DNA of 16,000 bases, from contig JAKLZA010000172.1 of assembly GCA_030704615.1 (NCBI GenBank), positions 1 to 16,000 on the forward strand, written 5' to 3'. Below the pieces are notes generated by a model that had not been told where the DNA came from, made no database searches, and was given only the letters and a program-made list of their open reading frames with translations. Source of the stretch: Takakia lepidozioides (lineage: Eukaryota; Plantae; Bryophyta). Of the stretch, positions 1-9,694 are shown piece after piece; position 1 is the first letter of the stretch, and every line of letters starts with the position of its first letter. The position numbers and the translations under genes are program-made.

Positions 1-12
1 CCCCCTTATGGA

Positions 13-300
13 ATAATAGGAATAATGTAAGAATTTAATGCAGCGCGTCAGGACGGTCCAGCCCTGACACCCGTACCGCCGGTTCTTCGCCTCCGGCAGA
101 CATCGAAAGGCAGCCGGCGGCTCGGTCAATCCCTCCCCACCCCCGCCCTCATCCCATCGGCGTCGTCGCCCAGGCGTGTCGTCGTTCTGCGACACCAGTC
201 CGTCGCTTCCAGCAGTCCGCCAGTTCCCTATAACCCCCGCCCGGGTTCAACCATCACCCCCATGTACCCTCTGTAACTCCGCCGAGTGTAAGCCACACCA
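13..300 (+). repeat. Left TIR, unique GC-rich terminal segment
   Basis: Aligns by eye to the reverse complement of ~15421-15728 with a few substitutions, 1-2 nt indels and one ~14-15 bp indel. Confidence 0.95.
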
Positions 301-1497
301 CCATGTAACCCTCTGTAACCCATAAACCCCCATGACCCTCTGTAACCCTCACCACCATGTAATCCATGTAACCCTCTATAACACCGCAGAGTGTCACCCC
401 ACCCCTATGTAACCCTCACTACATGTACCCTCTGTAACCCATGTAACCCTCTTATAACACCGCAGAGTGTCACCCCCACCCCTATGTAACCCTCACTACA
501 TGTAACCTCTGTAACACTTTGCAAACCATGTAACCCTATGTAACCCTCTGTAACCCATGTAACCTTTTGTAACACCGCAGAGTGTAACCCTCACTCCATG
601 TAACCCTCAGTAACCTTTGTAATCCATGTAATCCTCTGTGACCCTCTGTAATCCATGTAACCCTCTGTGACCCTTTTGTAACCTCACCACCATGTAACCC
701 TCTGTAACACCGCAGAGTGTCGCCCCTCACCCCTTATGTAACCCTTCACTCCATGTAAACCCTCTGTGACCCTTTGTAACCCTCACCACCATGTAACCCT
801 CTGTAACACCGTAGAGTGTCACCATCACCCCTATGTAACCCTCATTCCATGTAACCCTCTCTGACCCTCTGTAACCATCACCACCATGTAACCCCTCTGT
901 AACCCATGTAACCCTCTGTGACCCTCTATATCCCTCACCAGGTGTAACCCTTATCACCATGTAACCCTCTTGTAACACCGCAGAGCACAGTGTCACCCTC
1001 GCCACCATGTAACCTCCGTAACCCTCACAAACCCTCGTGTGACACCGCAGAGTGTCACCTCATCCCATGTAACCCTCACTCCATGTAACCCTCTGTGGCT
1101 CTGTAACCCATGTAACCTCTGTACCACCGCAGAGTGTCACCCTCACCCCTTATGTAACCCTCACTCCATGAACCCTCTGTAACCCATGTAACCCTCTATG
1201 ACCCTTTGTAACCCTCTACACCATGTAACCCTCTGTAACACCGCAGAGTGTCACCCTCACCCCTATGTAACCCTCATTCCATGTAGAGTGTCACCCTCGC
1301 CACCATGTAACCCTCACAAACCCTCTAAGGCTCTGTAACCCATGTAACCCTCTGTAACACCGCAGAGTTGTCTGCCCTCACCCCTTATGTAACCCTCACT
1401 CCATGTAACCCTCTATTAACCCATGTAACCCTCTGTGACCCTGTAACCCTCACCACCCATGTAACCCTCTGTAACCTATGTAACCCTCTGTAACACC
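262..1497 (+). repeat. Left TIR subterminal array of TGTAACCC motifs (units such as CATGTAACCCTCTGTAACC and TGTAACACCGCAGAGTGTCACCCTCAC)
   Basis: Dense imperfect tandem array. Rare variants are shared with the right arm, e.g. ACTTTGCAA at ~516-524 vs TTGCAAAGT at 15212-15220, and TATATCCCTCACCAGGTGTAACCC at ~927 vs ~14945-14970. Confidence 0.95.
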
Positions 1498-1507
1498 GCC
1501 TCGAATT

Positions 1508-1582
1508 ACTCATACACGTGTAAACTATCCGACGGGCCGAATGGAGGTTTAAATAGAGGCCGAAACCCTATTTGCTCTCTCA
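1508..1582 (+). promoter_or_regulatory. Putative plant-type Pol II promoter just inside the left TIR
   Basis: G-box CACGTG at 1515-1520, TATA-like TTTAAATAG at 1548-1556, telo-box AAACCCTA at 1563-1570, then a pyrimidine-rich tract. Motif matches only; no expression evidence. Confidence 0.4.
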
Positions 1583-2065
1583 TCCATTTTGTTTTCAGAT
1601 TCCTAGCTCGCTCGTTTTTTTTTGCTTTGGGGCATCAGCTTTCTACAATTCCCATGGCGCCCAATCGGCTTCACACATCAATGCGAGAAAGATTTGTAGT
1701 TCATTCAGTTCATTCAGTTCGTCATCCCAGCAACATACAAGACAACGCTTTTCCGTGCAACGATCCGTCAAATCTATTACTACGGTTTTTTCTCTACGAT
1801 TGATACGGGTTGTCTCTATTCTTTTTCTTTCTCAATGTCATTCTTGTTGTTTTGTCACCGTCCCCGATGGCTATGGTATTCCTAAGATCCGCATTAGGAA
1901 ACGGTTTTTGTTTCTTTCGGTCTAGCCATGCCAAGCAGCCGCTCATTCACTCTCCTCTCGTGTATCTTTTGTTCACACACCAGCCGGGGCAGCGCCTACT
2001 CATCGCTATATTATGGTATGATGCAATACGTATCGAATCATGCGTGTTTTGCAAGCACTGTCAAC

Positions 2066-2510
2066 CGGTTACATGTCTGATGGTTTATATGACTACCTCA
2101 CGTGTGGCTATGGTTACACACAGGGGGTTACACGGTGTTTTCTTTCTCAATACATGCTAGCTTGGTAGACGGTTTAGTAATGGAGGTTTAGATGGGTTGA
2201 CATGTTTGATGGGTTACGTGGATGTTGCGCTCGCGGAGCCACATAGGCTAGGGTTACATGGGTGGGGCATTACATTGACCATGTTTACCTGGAGGTTGCA
2301 TACTAATGGTTTGATATGACAGGGTTACATCGATGTTGTGTTCGGGAGTCACATAGACTAGGGGTACATGAGGTTGTGACGAAGGGTTACATCATATGTG
2401 GGTACCTGACGGAGGGTTACACTCGACGTGCCTGGCATTCGAGTAACGGCCGGTTTGTCGCGCTCACAAGTGTAGGGTTACGGGTTACACTCCGCTATTC
2501 CGGGTGACAC
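2066..2510 (+). repeat. Dispersed, degenerate GGGTTACA motif cluster, opposite in orientation to the left TIR array
   Basis: More than ten GG(G)TTAC(A)-like copies, e.g. near 2125, 2211, 2251, 2322, 2384, 2415, 2475 and 2482. Confidence 0.85.
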
Positions 2511-2820
2511 CGGGATTGCAACTCATACACGTGTGAGTCAGTGCGGATATAATTGATTGCAAGCCGCCAGATTTTAATGAACCGCCGTCTTTCGCTTAAC
2601 CGACGTGCCTTACGGGTGACATCTAGCTAGCTTCGTTCTTCGTTCTTTGATCATTGTTCAGTTTTCCCCTTCTCGCAGCCTTTCATATTCTTCCTGCACT
2701 CCTTGCTGTGCGTGCTCCCTGTTGTGCGTTCTTCGGAATTCTCTTGGTCTTGGTCTTTTCTTGTCTTGTCTTTTCTTGCTCTTGCTCTTCTCTTCTCTTC
2801 TGTCAGCTTTTTCTTTTGTC

Positions 2821-5800
2821 ATGGCTGATTGTTATTTGTTCCCTGGAGAGGCTACTATTCCATTTGATCACTTGAAAAGGGATGGCGAACGAGTTCGCTT
2901 TTGGTACACTGAGCATGAGCATGCTACAATGATCGCGTACTGCCACACCAGGTGTAGAGAGGCCAAGGTGGAGGGAGCAAAGGGCCGGCCTAAGTTCAAA
3001 TGTCCTTATTGTGGGGCAGTAAAGGTAGATAAGAGCAGATTGAATCGGCATATTGTCGATGGAACGGCCGCATGTATGGCCAGACCGAAAGGAACAAAAC
3101 CGTTTCCTGATGCGGAGCTCAAGCATGCCATGGCTGTTGAAAATGTGATGAATTCTGTTCCAGCTTCTTCTGTTGATGCATATCATGCATGGATTCTGCA
3201 AAATAGGGTGGCTTTGGGTGAGATTGCAGATCCTATTGAAGTGCCTGCTGTTGTACCTTCTTCGGCTATTTCTGCTACAGAGGTTCCATCTTCTAGTGCT
3301 CCTGCTGTTTCTGTCCCTGGTCCTTCTATTCGGCAGGTTTCTAACGAGAGAGACAAGCGGCGATTGAGCCCGCCTCTACCTGTCCCTATTGCAAAGAAAA
3401 TCAACATTGAAACCGGGGAAACCGGAGCTCAAGGTTCATCTTGCGAAAGAGAACTCCAGGCTCAATCCTTCTGCTACCGCATGGCCTTATTCCTCAGTTC
3501 CCATTTCCGAATGTCAATGAGAAGGGGTTTTGGCCGGCATTCCAAGAATTTGTTGCGCGAGGCGAGGGCGCAGTCCATGCGACAGCTGCAAAATCAAGTT
3601 GGGTTCTATCGACAGACAATCAAGTTGGATTCCCTGCCATTTCTCTGTTTTTCAAATTTTGGGCTGTTGTCTATCCATGTAACCCTTTGTGTTACCCCCC
3701 CTGTCTCTCCTGTGGCGTGTAACCCAGAGTGTAACCCACCTACAGAGGACCCCTTTTAAAAACCCCTATGGTGTGTAACCCACCTCTGTGTAACCCCGTG
3801 TAGCCCATCTTGTTTGTAACCCATTTTCATGTGTAACCCCTCGTGCTGTAACATTTTTCTCTGGTGTAACCCCTCACGCTGTATTGCGCAGGGAGGTCGA
3901 TATCATCTTAGAAGCGATGATATGGACAGTGTTGTTGCTGCCCACAAGGCATTTACTGCCCAGCCGGATCATGGTCCGTTAATGATAGAGGAATTGAATC
4001 GGGTGAAGGAGTATTTAGAGAGCATTGGGCATCCTGACATGCCAAAGCAGAAAAAGAAAAAAGGTGGGAGACTTACACGAGTCCATCGAGAGAGCCAAGC
4101 CTCACATGATGATGACACGATGGACGAACTAGCTGTTGGCAATACCGACCTTGACGATGCCAGAACTTCAAATCCTCTTGTCATCACTATTACTGTAGAT
4201 GGAATCAAAGGTTTGGTTGTTCCACATCCGTTGGAATTCACTCGTGGTTTTGCCGAAGGATTGATCAGTCAAATGGAGAATCTCACCAAACCGCACATTG
4301 GACCGCCACCACTCCTTTTGAGAATTCTAGCCCACAACGATGTAAGAAATCATGGCAGGTCAGTTTCCCAAACGCATCCCAGGTTGGGGTTCACGACTGA
4401 ACTTCTGGAAAGTGCTCTTACGGCCTCAAAGGTGAAGGACCTGGTCGATGAGTATTACGGCTTTAGTCTGATGTACTTTGCACAACCTGGTGACGGAATT
4501 GCGACCTTGGATTCTGAGCTCGAAGACTTAAGATCGAGTTTGAGTACAGAAGAGTGGGGTGACCGGTCAATTAAGATCAACGGAGCTATACAGTTTTGCA
4601 AGGCAAGCCGTCGTCGCGCCGCCCATCACTTTGCGATCCAACAGAGAGAATCGTTTATCCAGCTTTGGTGTTGTGGCCTCTTCAGCGAATCACCAACAGA
4701 AATGGACTTCAATGCGCGTTTGGGCATCCAGTATATGAGAGACCTTGGGTCTGTAGTGCCTTGGTATCTCTGTAAGTGTTACTCCATCCACTGTCACCCC
4801 TCTCGTCGTGTAACCCCTTTGTGTGTAATCTTGTAATCATTGTAACCCTCGCTATGTGGAACCTTGTAACTCAGTGTAACCCTCGTTGTGTGTAACCCTG
4901 TAATCAGTGTAACCCTCGGCTATGTGGAACCTTGTACTCAGTGTAACCCTCGCTGTGTGTAAATCAGTGTAACCCTCGGAGTATGTAACCCTGTAATCAG
5001 TGTACCCCTAATGGTACCCCTCGCTGTGTTACCCTAGATTTGTTACCCTCTCGTTGTGTAATCTCAGTAGTGTAACCCATGGTAGTGTAACCCATTGCAA
5101 ACTACTGTCTCTAACAGGGTGGTGTAACCCATATCGTGTAATCCGAACCACTGTCTTGTCCTAGTCAGTGTAACCCTTACATAGTGTAACCCTTGCACTT
5201 TCAAAAACCTCGTTCCACGACTAAAAACCTTTGTCTTTTCCCCGATGCAGATGAGTCCGAGCTCATGACCAATCAAGTCGCCAATGCGTTCAAAAACCTT
5301 TTTGAGGCTCAACGTGAGCTTCACGAAGTTGTGTATGGGGCCCCTCCACAATGCGATACAGGGGGCGTAGGGGGCGCGCAGACGAGCGATGGGCCAATTT
5401 CCGCCCCGCAGAGCGACGATGTACATGACGAGGACATCATTCCAAGTCAATCTGCCGTTGTATCTTTGTCGCAGGTTGGTGAATTGTACTCAACCCAGCT
5501 GCACTTAGGGGTGAACCTAGCAGACTTGACGCGGGATTTGCCCATGATTTCTGATACTGATACTGAAGATGATACATCAAGGTGGAACACCCAAGTGCGA
5601 ACCTCTTTGTCCGCAGCCCCAGTCATTTCTTTTGAAGGTCTTAATCGAAGAATCGGGGACCCGCTTGACCCAGAGTCTGTGTATGACTTTGAATCTGGAG
5701 ATGCTGGGTTGAACCCTCGATGCAGCAATGTAAGTATTTGTCAGGATCATGTGGTCAACCTCTCTCAGAATGACCCAGCCTTCGTGGGTCCCATTGATGC

Positions 5801-8345
5801 GCAGGGTGACTCTGCAAGGGGAGGATGCCCTGAAACCGAGGGTTACACTGCACCTGAGGGTGACACTGTGCAGAGAGGAGCAACAGGGAAGGAGGGTTAC
5901 ACTGCACCTGAGGGTGACACTGTGCAGAGAGGAGCAACAGGGAAGGAGGGTTACACTGCACCTCAGGGTGACACTGTGCAGAGAGGAGCAACAGGGAAGG
6001 AGGGTTACACTGCACCTCAAGGTGACACTACGGATACCGGTGTGGCTGACAATGTCGTGAGGGACATTGTCGTGGGTGACACACCATTGCCCGTGAACAC
6101 TGCAACTTCCGTTGAGAGTGACATTGACATGGGTTACACTGATAGGGGTGACACCCCACAGCCAACCCACATGGTAGATGTCAGTGAGTGTAACACTGTC
6201 ATGGATGACATTCCACTACCACTAGTCGTGGAAGGTGACACTCCTTTGCCACGGCCACTAGTCGCGACGGATGACGGTCTTCTGCTAGTCAACATGGTCT
6301 TGGAGGGTGCGGAGAAGGGCGACACAAACAAGGATGGCATTGAGGAGGTTGATGCAAAGAAGAGTGACATCGACATGGGTGACACGGGGAAGGGTGTCAC
6401 CGAGGAGGTTGTCAGTTGGAAGGGTGACACAAAGCAGGGTCACACTGAGAAGCGTTTCACTGTGGAGAGTCACGAAGAGAAGGATGTTGCGGAGCATCTA
6501 GACACTGAGAAGAGTGACACTGCCAAGGGTGACACACATAAGATTGTTACTCAGCAGAGTGACACTGGGAAGGAACCCGATGAGAAGGGTGACACTGCGA
6601 AGAGTGACACTGATAATGCGGCCAAAGAGAAGGGTGACACTGAGAAGGTAGCCGGAGAGAAGGGCGACACTGAGATGCGTGACTCTGAGGAGGTAGCTGA
6701 AGAGAAGGGTGACACTAAGAAGAGTGACACTGAGGAGGTAGCCGAAGAGAAGGGTGACATTGAGAAGGGTGACACTGAGAATCGTGACACTGAGGAGGTA
6801 GCCGAAGAGAAGGGTGACACTAAGAAGCGTGACAAGGGGTTTGAACAGAAGGGTTACACTGACAGGGGTAGCACCGAGGAGGTGAGCTGTGACACTTCTG
6901 CCCTTGGTCAATCACCTTCCCAGCACGTCTCAGACGAGGGAGTGCAGTCTTCAGCACTTGCAGCAAACTCAGAACAAGGCACCTCTGGCTCAGAAATTCC
7001 CCCTATCGGCGGCATTGTCAGGGTTGCAGAGAATCCCAGGAGGTCAAAACGGCCGCCTGCTCAAAGAAAGCGGTTGGCTGAACCCCCTAGCGCTGACAAA
7101 GAAGTATCTGTTCTTGTCGCACCCAAAAAACAGCGAACCAAACCGAAAGGCAAAAGTGCAGGGGTCTCGGAGGTTGACGTTGTCCAGCAGCAAGAGGTCC
7201 TGGCCAAGCACTTGCGGGAGCGTTCGAGGTACCTCATTGTACTTTGATCCTCTCTGATTTTGAATATTGATTATAACTCTTGTATGATGCATCGTAATGT
7301 TCGTAATGTGCGGTTTGTTGTGCAGACTAAAACAACGGTACTTGACAAAGTTCAGAATGGTGTCGGACCCTCCTGGGGCGCCCGAAGTGAAGTTTTATTA
7401 TGGCGATGCCTTCCTGGCTTCTAGTCCGTTACAGTTTTACTTGGAAGAGACAGATTTTGAGCCGATGTATAAAATAAGAGCAACTGTCACAGATGCATTG
7501 CTCTCGGGTTACAACAAACTTCTGGAGGCCAAATTGTTTAAGGCTATCGCACCTGAGTTTGTCATCTGTGCTCCTTTTCAATGGCATGTCATGCGTACCA
7601 ATGGTAACGATCTGCAGACGCTATTCGGGTTGGTGCAAGAATGGTACACTCAGGATGCCCGAGGGATGGTGTTCACAAAGAATCGAGATCTTGTGGACGT
7701 GGTTGTCATCCCTATTGTCTTCGAGTAAGTAATTTCAGCATTGACTGAGCATGTTGGGTTACACTCCTCTATTCTAGACTGAGTTGCACTAGTGACTGCT
7801 GACTAGTTGTGTAACACCGTTTAGAGTTACAGTACAAAGGGTTACACTACTGGGTTACACCACAATGGGTTTCATTGGAGATGTTTTTTTCTATTCTGAC
7901 GTAACGGCTTTGTTTGTGTTGCAGTGATCACTGGAGTGTAGCTGTTTTAGAGCGCCGAGGTCGGATAGTACATTTGGACTCCCATAAAACCATTGCCCGA
8001 CCCAAACTCATTGAAGGAATTTTGCGAAATTTTGCCATAGCGTTCTTTGATTTCATGCCTGGATCTGATGACTTCAGTTACGTCATGGAGAGGATGGAAT
8101 GGTTTGAGGCCAGTGTCCCCCAACAACGGAGCTGTTGGGAGTGCGGCTATTATGCACTTTGTTTTGTGCAATTTTACTTGGAGTGGAAGTTCAATGTGAA
8201 AACCACAGAAGATCGAACCCGTCATAGGCGGGCGTTTACTGCAAGTTGGTTCAACGAGTCAACCATGATAGCTTCCCGTACTCATATGATTAGTTGGCTG
8301 TGTGACGAGATGGACAAAGACTTGGTCAGATGGCCAAAGAAATAA
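2821..8345 (+). CDS. Spliced ~1484 aa zinc finger / acidic repeat / Ulp1-like (peptidase C48, SUMO-protease-like) protein; exons 2821-3597, 3892-4771, 5251-7228, 7326-7724, 7925-8345
   Basis: ATG at 2821 follows a pyrimidine-rich leader. Junctions CAA|GTTGGG..GCAG|GGA (phase 0), T|GTAAGT..GCAG|AT (phase 1), AG|GTACCT..GCAG|A (phase 2) and GA|GTAAGT..GCAG|T (phase 2) join five ORFs in frame; total 4455 nt including TAA. The C-terminus has VVIPIVFDDHWSVAVL, IVHLDS and VPQQRSCWECGYYAL, the His/Asp/Gln/Cys pattern of C48 proteases. The first donor is the weakest link. An optional in-frame 75-nt intron (5730-5804) is possible. Confidence 0.8.
2995..3075 (+). other. Zinc-finger-like motif F-K-C-x2-C-x12-H-x7-C
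   Basis: FKCPYCGAVKVDKSRLNRHIVDGTAAC has C2H2-like spacing with L-x2-H; the last ligand appears to be Cys. Confidence 0.65.
3678..3872 (+). repeat. TGTAACCC motif cluster in intron 1 of the protease gene
   Basis: About ten TGTAACCC-like copies between the predicted donor (3598) and acceptor (3891). Confidence 0.85.
4790..5192 (+). repeat. TGTAACCC motif array in intron 2, including ~33-bp tandem units (CAGTGTAACCCTCG..TGTGTAACCCTGTAAT) at ~4838-5010
   Basis: Directly visible repeated units. Confidence 0.88.
5838..6029 (+). repeat. Near-perfect coding 54-bp tandem repeat, ~3.5 copies (EGYTAP[E/Q]GDTVQRGATGK)
   Basis: Units start at 5838, 5892, 5946 and 6000. Each holds GGGTTACAC and (G/A)GGTGACAC. 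Confidence 0.95.
6312..6862 (+). repeat. Coding 15-bp-period repeat (AAG RGT GAC ACT GAG; K-[G/S]-D-T-E) with higher-order EEVAEEKGDT units
   Basis: 14 K-G-D/K-S-D tripeptides counted in the translation. Confidence 0.9.
7326..8342 (+). other. Ulp1-like peptidase C48 catalytic domain (exons 4-5)
   Basis: IP..HW, LDS and PQQ....CG motifs occur in the canonical order and spacing. Confidence 0.88.
7756..7861 (+). repeat. GGGTTACAC copies in intron 4 of the protease gene
   Basis: Copies near 7757, 7839 and 7852, plus variants (GAGTTACA, GAGTTGCAC). Confidence 0.75.
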
Positions 8346-8404
8346 ATAGCGTCTCTTGATGCATTTTTGCTTCTATGTGGTTTGTTCGTAACACTTCATA
8401 GTTT

Positions 8405-9582
8405 GGGTTTCATGCAATGGGCTTACATGGGGTTACACCTTATAAGGTTACATGAAGTGGAATCATAGACAAGTACTTGGGTACACCTTTGGGCCCTGGG
8501 GCAATGGGCTTACACTCTGTGGGTTCACACATAAGTGATGGGTTACACCATGCCGGGTCTCACAACGTGGGGTTACACTTATGGGTTACATACCTGGCTA
8601 TGTCAGGGTCACGTTGCTGAAACAGTATACTTTCGTGGCATGTAACCCCACCTCGACTATGCGCATTTGTTTTATTTTTTATTTTTTTCGCACTGAAGTG
8701 TTTGTGCACTGAAGTTCTCAGATTTATACTACATGGGGTTACATACATGAGGGCTATGTACAATGGGTTACATACGATGGGGTCACAATAGTGTGGGGGT
8801 AACATCTGGTCGGGCTACATACTTCTTGGAGTTACAACACTCTGGGTTACACTCACTCAAGAGGGTTACACAGTTCTAAGTTACACTGTGCACAATGAAA
8901 GTGGGCAGGGTTGCCTATACAAGGGCTACGTGTCGTGGGGATACATAAGATGGGGTGATGTAGCATCGGGGTTTATAGCGTGCACCCCAAATTGTACAAT
9001 GGGTTACATGCGATGGGGTGACATCAATGGGGGTTACATATGGTCGGGATACATACTTCTTGGGGTTACACAACAACAAGTTACACTCCGGAGGGCTACA
9101 CTGGTCCATAACATAGGTTGAACGGAATGATTATCTATCTCATGGATTACACGTCCATGGGTTACACACAAATTGGGTTACACATAGAGGGGTTACACAT
9201 ACAGGGGCTAGTGTTGGTGACTAAAGGTGCTCGACTTCAACATCTTCCCACTCTGTATTGAAGGGTCATGTAACCCCGGCAGACTAACCCAGACCCTGTA
9301 GTCACATTGTAGTCACATTGTTCTCAGAGTTACACCACTGACAGCAATATTCTATGGGGTTACATACTAGGTTACACTGTTGATAGTTACATTGCAGTTA
9401 CACTTGGAGTTACACCACAATGAGTTACACTGAAGAGGTTCACACTCATCTGTGTTACACTGTGTGGAGTACCACAGATGCAAGTTACACTAAGTAGAGC
9501 TATGTTACGTTATGAAACCCCAGACAGTGTAACCCTGCGGTGTGTCACCCCGGCCCATGGGTGTCCCATTGAGTGGGTTACA
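8405..9582 (+). repeat. Intergenic region between the convergent genes, rich in GGGTTACA/GAGTTACA motifs
   Basis: Dozens of degenerate copies, mostly G-rich on +, with a few reversed (near 8641, 9268, 9527, 9543). Confidence 0.85.
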
Positions 9583-9694
9583 TAGGTTGAATGTGGATGG
9601 AATGGCAAAGTGAATAACAACCCATGAACAGACATGTACTTCATATTAAACTTGGTGATCACAAAGTAAGTGTCATTGCCAATGGACTCAATGG

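Noticed and set aside
1-12. Target-site duplication (CCCCCTTAT vs CTTCCCTAG / CCTAGATAA at 15729-15741)
   Set aside because: No exact 8-11 bp match under any end placement I tried, and only 9-12 bp of left flank is available.
262-1497. True telomere or telomeric tract at the window edge
   Set aside because: The array is complex rather than a pure short repeat, is capped outward by 290 bp of unique sequence, and is mirrored at the other end of the element, which continues into ordinary flank.
370-1497. CRISPR-like array (recurring TAACACCGCAGAGTGTCACCC)
   Set aside because: The intervening sequences are themselves repeats of the same motif, not unique spacers; there are no cas genes and the context is intron-containing eukaryotic DNA.
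1572-2160. ORFs 1572-1925 and 1810-2160 as membrane proteins
   Set aside because: Non-ATG starts and F/L/S-rich composition expected from T-rich non-coding DNA.
2647-2820. Hydrophobic N-terminal extension or signal peptide on the zinc-finger ORF (likewise 13096-13173 on the transposase)
   Set aside because: These come from TTG/GTG starts in 5' leader sequence; the first ATGs are at 2821 and 13095.
5064-7292. Antisense and alternate-frame ORFs over exon 3 and over the transposase exons
   Set aside because: Shadows of real coding or repeat sequence (SVTL, VSPF repeats), with no independent features.
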